DNA of 54,861 nucleotides, from contig JBMORA010000055.1 of assembly GCA_049320885.1 (NCBI GenBank), positions 1 through 54,861 of the forward strand, written 5' to 3'. Position 1 is the first letter of the stretch. Each line of letters begins with the position of its first letter. Shown here piece after piece: positions 9,774 through 19,437 of the stretch. Position numbers and translations under genes: made by a program. The notes under the pieces were generated by a model. The model did not search any database, was not told where the DNA came from, and was given only the letters and a program-made list of their open reading frames with translations. The stretch comes from Thermodesulfobacteriota bacterium. GTDB taxonomy: Bacteria; Desulfobacterota; Desulfobacteria; Desulfobacterales; SURF-7.

Positions 9774-11597
9774 TTACGGTTTCCCGTCCTTTTTCCGGTT
9801 CATCAGGCGGATCACCAGATCGGAAGACCACCGGGTGGCCCATCCCAGGGTCAGGCTGTGGTTCAGGTAAAGGAGGGCGGCGATTTTTCCCGGCACCACC
9901 AGGAAACGTCCGCGCCGGATGGCCCCGACAATTTTGCCCGCCACGTAAACGGCCGTGAGCGAACCGGCCAGCCGCTTGACGGCCCTGGCTTCCGGCGGAA
10001 TGGTTTTGGATTCCTCCTCGATCATGGCGGTTTTGACTTCCGGAGGGCATATCAGGGTGACGCCGATGCGGTGGCGCTTCAGTTCGGCGCGCAGACATTC
10101 GGCCAGGCCGACGGCCGCGAATTTCGATGTGCCGTAGGCCGTGTAGCTGAACATGCCCATGAGCCCTGCCGCGGAAGCGACGATGACAATCCGCCCGCCC
10201 CGCTGCTTCATGGCCGGCAGCAGGGCCGCCACCATATTCCGAATGCCGTAGACGTTGATTTTCATGACCCGGTCGAAATCCGCGCAGGAAATGTTTTCGA
10301 AATAGTCGGAGCGAATGACGCCGGCGCTGTTGATCAGGATGTCCGGCGGTCCGAACCGTTTCACGGCATCGGCCATTTTCCTTTGGACGTCGTCGCTGTC
10401 GGCCACATCGGCGGACAGGCCTTCAATACGCTGATGGTCGTTGCGGCGGACGGTCTGCAGCTCCCGACAGGCGGCTTCGATTCCGGAAAGATTCCGGGCG
10501 ATGAGGAGGATATGGGCGCCCTGGGCCGCCAGCAGACGGGCCGTTTCCAGGCCGATGCCGCTGGAACCCCCGGTGATGTAGGCGGTGACGTTGCGGAAAT
10601 CCTGGATCCGGCCGCTGAAAACCGGACGGTATTGACGGTCCACCCATTCATGGATTTCCTTCATGGCCTCCCGGACGGGGATACGGGTTTCCCAGCCCAG
10701 CTCCGTCTTCGCCCGGGTGCAGTCCACTTCGTTGTCGCACCCCATGACGCCGGCCGCCAGCCGGGTCAGGGGCGGGCGCAGGTTGAGCGGCGACAACAGG
10801 AATTCCAGAAACCCGCCGAGCTTCCATGCCAGCGAAAAGGGCAGAGAACCCAGCGGTTTTTTTCCGATCCAGCTTCCCAGTTCCCGCAGATAGTCGCCCC
10901 AGGTCAGGTCGTAATCGTCCCGGAAATGATAGGTCCGGCCCGCGGCCTGGGGGGCCTCGGCAGCCAGCAGGGCGCCTTCCACCAGGTTTTTGACGAATAC
11001 AAACGCCCCGGGAGCATGGCCGCCGGCGATGAGCGGCATGGGACCGCGATAATAGGCGTCCAGCACGTCCCGCACCCAGACGCTTCCCGGGCCGATGACG
11101 TTGGCCGGCCGGATGATGGTGTAGGGAATCGAGCGGGGCGTGCAAAATTGCTTTACCAGGGCTTCCGCCTCGATTTTCGTGTCGCAGTAGGGGATGCCGG
11201 TTGTCTCGCTCCCGGCGGTTTCATCAAGACCCGCCAGGTCCCGGTTGAGTCCCAGGGCGGCGATGGAAGAGAAGTAGACGAAACGCCCGATATCCCTGCC
11301 GCAGGCTTCCAACAGATGGCGCGTGCCCTCCACCATCACGGCCCGGAACAAATCGTAGGCCCCCCAGTCCAGAACCCGGCCGGCCAGGTGGAAGACCACA
11401 TCCACACCCTTGCCCACGCCGGAAAGGGTTTCAGGCCGGGTCAGATCCCCGCGGACGATCTCCGCTCCCAGTTCCATCGCCGCCGCGGCGTCTTCCTGCG
11501 GCAGCAGCAGGGCCCGGACCGTATGGCCGCGCCGGATGAGTTCCGCAACCAGAAACGAACCGATAAAACCTCCTGCGCCGGTGACCAGTGCTTTCAT
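9774..11597 (-). CDS. Fusion of an extended SDR (3beta-HSD/epimerase-like) and a classical SDR (KDSR-like)
   Basis: Two Rossmann motifs (TGAGGFIG; TGGSSGIG) and two YxxxK motifs (YCDTK; YGTSK) in one 607-aa frame; GGGAGG RBS. Confidence 0.88.
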   Translation of the reverse strand: MKALVTGAGGFIGSFLVAELIRRGHTVRALLLPQEDAAAAMELGAEIVRGDLTRPETLSGVGKGVDVVFHLAGRVLDWGAYDLFRAVMVEGTRHLLEACGRDIGRFVYFSSIAALGLNRDLAGLDETAGSETTGIPYCDTKIEAEALVKQFCTPRSIPYTIIRPANVIGPGSVWVRDVLDAYYRGPMPLIAGGHAPGAFVFVKNLVEGALLAAEAPQAAGRTYHFRDDYDLTWGDYLRELGSWIGKKPLGSLPFSLAWKLGGFLEFLLSPLNLRPPLTRLAAGVMGCDNEVDCTRAKTELGWETRIPVREAMKEIHEWVDRQYRPVFSGRIQDFRNVTAYITGGSSGIGLETARLLAAQGAHILLIARNLSGIEAACRELQTVRRNDHQRIEGLSADVADSDDVQRKMADAVKRFGPPDILINSAGVIRSDYFENISCADFDRVMKINVYGIRNMVAALLPAMKQRGGRIVIVASAAGLMGMFSYTAYGTSKFAAVGLAECLRAELKRHRIGVTLICPPEVKTAMIEEESKTIPPEARAVKRLAGSLTAVYVAGKIVGAIRRGRFLVVPGKIAALLYLNHSLTLGWATRWSSDLVIRLMNRKKDGKP

Positions 11598-11816
11598 GTT
11601 TCCTCCCTTCGCGGCAACAATTGAAACGGATCAGCCTCCCTCCCGACATGGCGTTGAGGTAACGATGTTGAGGGCTATTGTCAAGTTTTTTATGGATGAT
11701 TTCAGAGATTTCAAGGCTGATGTTGACAAACCGGTCGGTGGGTGCAAAACCATGCAAGCGGAACCTCGATTTCCGTCTGGAAACAATCCGGGAGAAGACC
11801 ATGGAAGGAGGACCAG

Positions 11817-12701
11817 ATGAACCCTTACGAACTCTATTTCCTCAGCAGGGGAACGCGCTGCGGCGCCAGACTCTTTTTACCGCATGATGTCGCAAAACCG
11901 CCGGTGGTGGTGATGGCCCACGGCTTTGCCGCCTGGCAGGAGTTCCGTTTGCCGGCATTCGCAGAGAAATTCGTCCGCAAGGGCCTGGGGGTGATGACCT
12001 TCGACTACCGCAATTTCGGTCTCAGCGACGGAGAGCCCAGAAACCTGGTTTCACCCGGGCGCCATGTGGAGGATTGGCGTGCCGCCATAGCGTGTGCCCG
12101 GGGATTGGAGCAGGTGGATGGCTCCCGGATAGGCCTGTGGGGCACTTCCTTCAGCGGAGGGCATGTGCTGACCGTCGCGGCGGAAGACCCCGGCATCGCG
12201 GCGGTGGTTTCCCAGATTCCGTTTGTCGACGGCTTGTCCGTTGCGTTGAACTTCGGCCTGCTCTTCAATCTGACCTGTCTCTGGCATGGGGTTGTGGATG
12301 GGATCGCCTCCATGTTCGGCCGGACGCATTTTGTACCCGTGGTTTCCGACCCCGACCGGTTCGGCCTGATGAATACGCCTGAATCCAAACCCGGATACCT
12401 GGCGCTGGTGCCGGAAAATTCCGGTTGGGAAAACCGGGTGCCGGCCAGGATCGCCTTGTCCCTGGCAGCCTATCGGCCCGTCCGTTACGCTGACCGGATC
12501 ACCTGCCCCGTGCTGATGATCTGCGCGGAAAAGGACACCCTGATCCCCCAACAGGCGGTGCGTAAATGCGCGTCCAGAATCCGATCGGTCAGGCTCGAAG
12601 TCCTGCCGGCGGGTCATTTTGAGCCCTACGTCGGAGAACTCTTTGAAAGAACGGCAACCATGGAAGCGGAATTCCTGGCGGGCGTTTTGTTGCCCGGCTG
12701 A
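11817..12701 (+). CDS. Alpha/beta-fold hydrolase
   Basis: VVMAHGF, FDYRNFGLSDG, nucleophile GTSFSGG, D and GHF triad candidates; GGAGG RBS before ATG 11817. Confidence 0.88.
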   Translation: MNPYELYFLSRGTRCGARLFLPHDVAKPPVVVMAHGFAAWQEFRLPAFAEKFVRKGLGVMTFDYRNFGLSDGEPRNLVSPGRHVEDWRAAIACARGLEQVDGSRIGLWGTSFSGGHVLTVAAEDPGIAAVVSQIPFVDGLSVALNFGLLFNLTCLWHGVVDGIASMFGRTHFVPVVSDPDRFGLMNTPESKPGYLALVPENSGWENRVPARIALSLAAYRPVRYADRITCPVLMICAEKDTLIPQQAVRKCASRIRSVRLEVLPAGHFEPYVGELFERTATMEAEFLAGVLLPG

Positions 12702-12721
12702 ATGCCAACCGGGGGGAGCCG

Positions 12722-15712
12722 TCATTCCTCGCGGGCCGGAAACGTAAGCACAACGGTGGTGCCTGTTTCATTTGCGCTTTCAATCTCGATGCGGCCGCCG
12801 TAATCGCGAACGATTTGATCGGCGATGGACAGTCCCAGCCCTTTGCCCTTGCCGGTTTCCCTGGTGGTGAAGAACGGTTCGAACACCCGTTCGCGCAGAT
12901 GCGTCGGAATACCGATGCCGGTATCGCTCACCGCGACCTTGACCCGGTTCCGATGCTCGTAACTGCGAATCCGGATGACGTGCCGGATTCCGAGGGTTTC
13001 CTTCTTGCAATCGGCGATCGCCTCGCCGGCATTGACGATCAGGTTGTAAAAAACCTGCCCCAGCCGATGATGATGGCCCGAGATCATCGGCAGATGCTCC
13101 CCGAGTTCCAGCACCAGTTCGATGTCGTCCAGAGCAAGCTGATGCTTCAGGATGGCGGCGGTGTCCTGGATGGGACGGTTGATGTCCACCGCTTCCTTCG
13201 TAAAATGCGGTTTTTCTCCAAAGACCTGCAACCGGTGAATGATTTCCGAGGCGCGATCCACCTGGGCGCCGACTTCATTCACCACCTGGGCCAGATCTTC
13301 CCGCGGGATTTCCCCACCTTGCTGGAGCAGGATTTTGAGAAATTCGCTGCCCATTTTGATGGCGTTCAGGGGCTGATTGAGTTCATGCACCACGCCTGCC
13401 GACATGCCGTTCAGGCTGGGCATCAGCCGCAGCAAATCCCAGGCCGTGACCAGTTCCACATGGAGCATCAGGGCCGGAAGCAGGATCAGGTCGCCCACCA
13501 GGGCGGAAATGATGGTGATGACCATCAGGGAGCCGAAGACCGCCGTGGGGATGAAATGAGAAAACATCAACAGGGAAAACCCCAGGCTGATGGTCAGGGT
13601 GAAGAAAACCATGGGCTTGCCGACGCTGATGATACAGTCCCGCAGGGCGCGGTCCTTGTCCAGGTCTTTCTTGAATTCCCGGTTGTAGCGGGTCAGGTAG
13701 TGAATGATGTCATCCACGGCCAGGCCGATGGCGATGCTGGCGATCAGGCCGGTTCCCATATTCAGTTCAATGCCGAACCATCCCATGACGCCGAAGGTGA
13801 TGAGGATGGGAAACGTATTGATCAGGATGGCCACGAATCCGACCTTGGCGGATAAAAAAAGCACGAACATCATGGCGAAAATCAGCGCCATGGTGGAAAA
13901 AAGACTGTTGATTTGACCCTTGGCCAGTTGGTCGCTGCTTTCGGCGATAACCGTGCCGATGCCGGTCACCTGAAAGGAACGGAACTCCGGGAAATGCTCC
14001 CGGGTGTAGGCATGAATCCGCTCCCGGACGGAAAGGAATTCCCTGGAGCTGGCGAGATGGGTCAGCATCAGGATGTTGGCCTTGGAGTAGGTTTCATCCA
14101 GAAAAGGAGTGAGCATGTCCTGGCCGAGAATCATTTTGTAGTTGTTGATGAGCATCCGGACCTCAAAGGTTTCCTCGGGCAGGGCGTAGAACTTGGGATC
14201 GTATTTGTTGACCGCATAGTTGACCAGTTTGAGGTAATCGGCGAAGGAAACCGTTTTGTCCACCTTGGGCAGGGTTTCCAGGTATTTCTGCAATTCGATG
14301 ATCCGGGTGAGATGCTCGGGTGACTCGAAATAGTCCTCTCCCGGTCCTTCCATGACCACATGGATCGGAAAACTGCCGGACAGGGACTTGTAGATGTCGT
14401 GGAAATGGCGGCTGACCGGCGTGCTCTCCCGGAAATAGGCCACCGGATTGGTTTCAACCTGGACAAAAAAGATTCCCGACGTGCAGATCAGCAGAAGGAT
14501 CCCGGTCCCGGCAAATATATACTTCTGTTTTTTTGAAACGAGATGGATCACAAAATGGAGAAACCGGTCTATATACACCCGGGAGACGGCGTGAGTGACT
14601 TTGATGCGCAGTTGCGCCAGGGGGATGAGGGCGAATACCGCCGGCAGCAGCGTCAGGAAAATGAAAAGCAGCAGCAGCATGCCGATACCGGCAAAAATCG
14701 CGAATTCCTGGATGGCGGTAATGCGCATGATCAAGAGGGAGCCGAAGCCGATGAGGTCGGTGAGCACCGCAAGGCCGGTGGGCAGGGACATCACCATGAA
14801 CGTCTCCACAATGGCGGTCTGGGAGGTTTCCGCCTTCTGGACGTTTTCGATCAGGGAGGCGCAGATGTGCGTGCAGTAAGCCGTGCCCACAGCCACGATG
14901 AAGACCGGCACAATCATGGTCAGCATGGAAAAAGGGACCCGGGTCCAGGCCATGATGCCGAAGGTCCAGACAAGGGACAGGGAAACCGACACCAGGGGAA
15001 ACAGCGTATACCAGATGTTGCGGTAGAGAAAATAAAGCAGCGCGGCGATGGTCAGAACCGTGAGGGGCAGCAGGGTCAATAAATCCCCCTGGGTGTAATC
15101 CGTCATGGCCTGGGAGACAAGGGGGATTCCGATCTGGTACCGCTGCAATTCATTCCGGGTTTCCCGGAGCAGTTTCTCGACGTTTTCAACCACGGCCTTT
15201 ATTTCAGCGTCTTCGTTCAGCACCAGGGTGACGGCGGTGGTGTTGCGATCCTCGGAAAGGAGGTTTTTGGTGAACAGCTCGATGGACGAACAAATCCCGG
15301 CGAATTTTTCCAGGGACCACTGGTTGCGCGGATCCACATCTTTTTTAACCCCGGAGATGCTGATCACCCGGCGTACACCCTTTATTGCGGCGGCGTCCGC
15401 GGACAGCTTTTCCACCAGGTTGAAAAAGTCAGGGCTGAAAACATCCCGGCCCTTGATGACGATCCGGATGAGATCGTCCGAGCCGAAAATTTTTTGAAAT
15501 TCCCGGTATTGCTTGGTGACGGGAAGGTCTTCGATCACCAGGTCGTAAATGGATGTCCGCACGCTGAGGCTCGGGAGACGCCACCCCAAGGCAAGGGTGA
15601 TCACCGCCATAAGAAGCAGGGCCCGCTTGGGATGACGCACCTGCCAGGACAATATCCTGCGGCCGAATCGGTGAAGCGAGAATCGTTCCGGACGATAAGA
15701 CTTAGGACGCAT
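12722..15712 (-). CDS. MMPL/RND-family membrane protein fused to a C-terminal histidine kinase (HisKA + HATPase_c)
   Basis: Two RND/MMPL repeats with TM bundles (GLAVDDIIH in repeat 2), then H-box HELNQPL, N-box NLIVNA, G1 DTGIGI, F/G2 FEPFFTT..GKGLGL. Confidence 0.9.
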   Translation of the reverse strand: MRPKSYRPERFSLHRFGRRILSWQVRHPKRALLLMAVITLALGWRLPSLSVRTSIYDLVIEDLPVTKQYREFQKIFGSDDLIRIVIKGRDVFSPDFFNLVEKLSADAAAIKGVRRVISISGVKKDVDPRNQWSLEKFAGICSSIELFTKNLLSEDRNTTAVTLVLNEDAEIKAVVENVEKLLRETRNELQRYQIGIPLVSQAMTDYTQGDLLTLLPLTVLTIAALLYFLYRNIWYTLFPLVSVSLSLVWTFGIMAWTRVPFSMLTMIVPVFIVAVGTAYCTHICASLIENVQKAETSQTAIVETFMVMSLPTGLAVLTDLIGFGSLLIMRITAIQEFAIFAGIGMLLLLFIFLTLLPAVFALIPLAQLRIKVTHAVSRVYIDRFLHFVIHLVSKKQKYIFAGTGILLLICTSGIFFVQVETNPVAYFRESTPVSRHFHDIYKSLSGSFPIHVVMEGPGEDYFESPEHLTRIIELQKYLETLPKVDKTVSFADYLKLVNYAVNKYDPKFYALPEETFEVRMLINNYKMILGQDMLTPFLDETYSKANILMLTHLASSREFLSVRERIHAYTREHFPEFRSFQVTGIGTVIAESSDQLAKGQINSLFSTMALIFAMMFVLFLSAKVGFVAILINTFPILITFGVMGWFGIELNMGTGLIASIAIGLAVDDIIHYLTRYNREFKKDLDKDRALRDCIISVGKPMVFFTLTISLGFSLLMFSHFIPTAVFGSLMVITIISALVGDLILLPALMLHVELVTAWDLLRLMPSLNGMSAGVVHELNQPLNAIKMGSEFLKILLQQGGEIPREDLAQVVNEVGAQVDRASEIIHRLQVFGEKPHFTKEAVDINRPIQDTAAILKHQLALDDIELVLELGEHLPMISGHHHRLGQVFYNLIVNAGEAIADCKKETLGIRHVIRIRSYEHRNRVKVAVSDTGIGIPTHLRERVFEPFFTTRETGKGKGLGLSIADQIVRDYGGRIEIESANETGTTVVLTFPAREE

Positions 15713-15722
15713 GGATTATTCC

Positions 15723-16973
15723 TCAGCTTTTAAGATCCGTCGAAAGATACCGGCGCGCTTCCCTCTCGTTGCCCTGGAGCTGGTAAATGCTCCCGATGCG
15801 ATTGAAATAATGCTGGCGGTTGGCGGGATCCTCCCGGGTCAGGGAAAAAAACAATTCCAGAATTTTTGAAGAATGATCGCCGGTGGTAAAACTGGTTTCC
15901 GCAAACCGCTGCTTGATGAACACATCCACCGTATTTCCGCATCCCCGGCAGGAGTTGAGAATGTCGGCATACAAATCGCGGGCCAAATGGGGCAATCCCA
16001 ACGCTTCATAGGCTTTTGCCAGGGATTGGGCGACCAGCTGGTTGTAGCCGTCCATAGCCAGCATCTTGAGGAAATGGTCGGCGGCTTCTTGCGGCTTTCC
16101 GGCGCGCAGGAGCGTTTCGCCCATCATCATCCTGACGGCAAAGGAAGCGGCGATTTCCGGGGGGCGGGAATGCAGGAACTCCAAGGCGGAACCGTACTCC
16201 TTTTGTTCCCACAGAACTTCGCACAGCAGATAGCAGGCTTTAAGGGATTCGGGGTGAGCGGACAAATAATCGAGCAGCAGGCGGCGCGCCGCGCCATGGT
16301 TGCCGAGATTGAGGTGGGCCGTGGCAAGTTCCAGGGGAATATAACCGCCGGCGGGCGTTTCTTCCATGGCCCGGGCCAGGAGGATCACGGCGGAGTCAAA
16401 ATCGCCCTGATTCAAGGCGATATACCCTTGTCGAAAGACCGGCCCGTAGCTTTGATAGACCTCGCGTTCCTCATCCGGCAGGGCATTGCAGGCGGCAATG
16501 AAATTTTCCTCTTCCGTCACCTCATATTCCATGAAAACGTCCGGCTGCTCGCCGGATGTGGTAACGGCGCGTTCATCGTGAATCGTCTCCGGGGAAAATA
16601 TTCCGGAAGAGAGCTTGGCGGGGGCCGGGGGGATCTGCGAGAGTCTTTTCTCGATCTCGGCGGATCGATGGGTATCCCTGGTCAAATCCAGCGCCAAGCG
16701 CAATAGTTCGATGGCGTCTTCATACCAGCCCTCTTCGATCAGGTTTTCGGCCTTTTTTTGATGCCCGGCCGCCAGGCTTTCCTTGCTCGACTGCAATTTT
16801 TTTTCGAGCCGGTGTCGTCCCGGGGCATCCAGGACGGTTGATTTTTCGAGTTTCTCCAAAGCCTTTTCGAATTCGATTTTCGCCGAACCGTACTCCCCGG
16901 CCGCAAAAAAAGCGTCAGCCTTTTTTTCAATCGCCGCGGGAGTTTTTCCGGTCAACAACGCAAACAAGCCCAT
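15723..16973 (-). CDS. Tetratricopeptide repeat protein
   Basis: Repeated TPR-like helices (GEYGSAKIEFEKAL, GDFDSAVILLARA, GKPQEAADHF); 10 nt upstream of the MMPL-kinase gene. Confidence 0.8.
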   Translation of the reverse strand: MGLFALLTGKTPAAIEKKADAFFAAGEYGSAKIEFEKALEKLEKSTVLDAPGRHRLEKKLQSSKESLAAGHQKKAENLIEEGWYEDAIELLRLALDLTRDTHRSAEIEKRLSQIPPAPAKLSSGIFSPETIHDERAVTTSGEQPDVFMEYEVTEEENFIAACNALPDEEREVYQSYGPVFRQGYIALNQGDFDSAVILLARAMEETPAGGYIPLELATAHLNLGNHGAARRLLLDYLSAHPESLKACYLLCEVLWEQKEYGSALEFLHSRPPEIAASFAVRMMMGETLLRAGKPQEAADHFLKMLAMDGYNQLVAQSLAKAYEALGLPHLARDLYADILNSCRGCGNTVDVFIKQRFAETSFTTGDHSSKILELFFSLTREDPANRQHYFNRIGSIYQLQGNEREARRYLSTDLKS

Positions 16974-17240
16974 GGTCTGATCCCTTTGTGGCGCCGGGTC
17001 CGCCGGTTTTTTGAAACAGCCGGTCGCGGAATTTTCTGATCCGATGGTTATGCATAATGGAGGCAGGCCGGAAAAACAAGTCTGTTTTCCAGACCGGCGG
17101 TACCCGTATATCCGGGTTTCTTTTTTCTTGCATATCCACGCGAAGTCGGATAGGGAGCAAACCGAATGAAATCAAGATCATGCTTATACCAGGCGGGAAG
17201 GGTTCACCGGCCTTTCCAGCAGGAAGCGGGGAATTGTTTC

Positions 17241-18263
17241 GTGAATGAACAAGAATTAAGGGATTTTAGCGCTCTGACCCCGGACCTGATCCTGGGGACT
17301 GTTGAAAGAGCCATCGGGCGTTCCATGACCGGGTTGACCTATCCCCTGCCCAGCTACATCAACCGGGTGTATGAACTGCAAACCCGGGACGGGGAACGGA
17401 TCATCGCCAAGTTTTACCGCCCGGGGCGCTGGTCCAGCGCGGCGATTGTGGATGAACATCGGTTTGTAATGGATTGCGCTGCAGAGGAAATTCCGGTGGC
17501 GGCGCCCCTGGTGCTTGCCGATGGATCGACCCTGGCGGAAGCGGACGGATATCGGCTGGCGGTCTTCCCCAAAAAATCCGGCCGGGAATTCGATATCAAG
17601 GACGATACGGATTGGCTCCGGATCGGACGGTTGGTGGCGCGCATGCATCTTGTCGGCTGCCGGAGAACAGCCGATGCCCGGATCCGGATGCATCCCCGAT
17701 TTTCCATGGCCGCGGATGTCGAATACCTGAAGACGAGCGGAGCCGTCAGTTCCCGCTGTTTGCCCGAATTTACCAAGATCACCGACCGGATGCTGGCGGC
17801 CATCGACGACCTATTCACGGAGGTTGAGACCATCCGTATCCACGGCGATTGCCATCGCGCCAACCTGCTGGAAAGGCCCGGGGAAGGTCTGATGGTGATT
17901 GATTTCGACGACATGGTCATGGGACCGCCGGTGCAGGATATCTGGCTGCTGCTGCCGGATCATGCCGGGTATTGCCGGCGGGAAATCGACCTCCTTTTGG
18001 AAGGATATGAACAATTCCGGAAATTTGACCGCGATACCCTCGTCCTGATCGAGCCACTGCGGGCCATGCGGATTATTTATTACCTGGCCTGGTGCGGCCG
18101 TCAACGCCAGGATTATCATTTCCGGCATCATTTCCCGGAATGGGGTAACGAGCGATTCTGGGAGCATGAGATTGCGGATTTGCACCGGCAGTTGCAGCAG
18201 GTGGAGGGGAAAGGGATGCCCGCTGGCAGTGGGTGGCGAAGGGAAGGACGCCGAAATGTTTGA
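17241..18263 (+). CDS. srkA: Stress response Ser/Thr kinase SrkA/RdoA (YihE family)
   Basis: SYINRVY, AKFYRPGRW, IHGDCHRANL, IDFDD, PVQDIWLLL; probable GTG start. Confidence 0.92.
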   Translation: MNEQELRDFSALTPDLILGTVERAIGRSMTGLTYPLPSYINRVYELQTRDGERIIAKFYRPGRWSSAAIVDEHRFVMDCAAEEIPVAAPLVLADGSTLAEADGYRLAVFPKKSGREFDIKDDTDWLRIGRLVARMHLVGCRRTADARIRMHPRFSMAADVEYLKTSGAVSSRCLPEFTKITDRMLAAIDDLFTEVETIRIHGDCHRANLLERPGEGLMVIDFDDMVMGPPVQDIWLLLPDHAGYCRREIDLLLEGYEQFRKFDRDTLVLIEPLRAMRIIYYLAWCGRQRQDYHFRHHFPEWGNERFWEHEIADLHRQLQQVEGKGMPAGSGWRREGRRNV

Positions 18264-19398
18264 GTATCAGAAAACGGGTAAATATTTCGCTCAGATTTCC
18301 GATGGATTGGAGTCCCTCGCCGCCGAGGAATTGACGTCCCTGGGTGGAACGCAGGTCAGGCCGGGATACCGTGGGCTGCATTTTCATGCGGATCGGAAAA
18401 CCCTGTATGCCATCCATTACAATACCCGGCTGGCGACGCGCATTCTGACTCCCCTGCGAACCTTCGATTGCCGCAACCGCGATGACCTCTACCGGGTCGG
18501 AAAGGACATCGACTGGACGGAACTCTTTTCCATTCACCACACCTTTGCCGTCTCCGCCAATGTATCCGGGAATGAAGCCATCCGGCATTCCAAATTCGCG
18601 GCCCTTTGCCTCAAGGACGCCGTGGCGGACCGGTTCCGCCAGCGCTGCGGCTGCCGGCCGGATGTGGATGCCAGAAATCCGGATGTCTGGCTGAACCTGT
18701 ATATCGAAAGAAACCGGGCCACCATTTATCTCGATACCTCCGGCGGTTCCCTGCACCGCCGCGGCTATCGTATGGAAACCGTGACCGCGCCCATGCCGGA
18801 GACGCTGGCGGCGGCCGTGGTGGCTTTTTCCGGCTGGGATGGCGCAAAACCCCTTCATGACCCGCTGTGCGGTTCCGCCACGCTGTTGTGCGAGGCCCTG
18901 ATGAAGGTTTGCCGGATTCCGGCCGGTTTCCTGCGCAAGCATTTCGGTTGCCGGTTTTTACCGGATTTTGACAAAATCCTCTGGGATCAAATGAAGCGGG
19001 AATGGGATGAAGGGATCGTACCGTTGCCCGAAGGACTGATCGCCGGCAGCGACCTGGACGCGGAAGCCCTGAACGCCGCCCGGGCAAATTGCCGCATGCT
19101 CCCCGGTGGCGATTCCATTTTGTTTTCCCGGAATGATTTCAGGGCCATCGGCAACCTGGAAAACCGGGTGATCCTGTGCAACCCGCCATACGGCCTGCGG
19201 ATGCGGGAAGAAGCTGATCTGCCTGGATTTTACAAGGAACTGGGGGATTTTCTGAAGCAACGTTGCAAGGGCTCGGAGGCCTATATCTATTTCGGCAACC
19301 GGGAAATGCTGAAGTGCATCGGTTTGAAGCCGGCCTGGAAAAAGCCGGTCCGGAACGCCGATCTGGACGGCCGGATCGCGAAATATGAATTGTACTGA
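18256..19398 (+). CDS. THUMP-domain class I SAM-dependent RNA methyltransferase (RlmL/YpsC-like)
   Basis: DTSGGSLHRRGYR, APMPETLAAA, DPLCGSATL, NPPYG; overlaps the srkA stop. Confidence 0.9.
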   Translation: MFEYQKTGKYFAQISDGLESLAAEELTSLGGTQVRPGYRGLHFHADRKTLYAIHYNTRLATRILTPLRTFDCRNRDDLYRVGKDIDWTELFSIHHTFAVSANVSGNEAIRHSKFAALCLKDAVADRFRQRCGCRPDVDARNPDVWLNLYIERNRATIYLDTSGGSLHRRGYRMETVTAPMPETLAAAVVAFSGWDGAKPLHDPLCGSATLLCEALMKVCRIPAGFLRKHFGCRFLPDFDKILWDQMKREWDEGIVPLPEGLIAGSDLDAEALNAARANCRMLPGGDSILFSRNDFRAIGNLENRVILCNPPYGLRMREEADLPGFYKELGDFLKQRCKGSEAYIYFGNREMLKCIGLKPAWKKPVRNADLDGRIAKYELY

Positions 19399-19437
19399 AA
19401 ACGGATCGTTACATGGAGACCGGCGGGAGATGATGGG

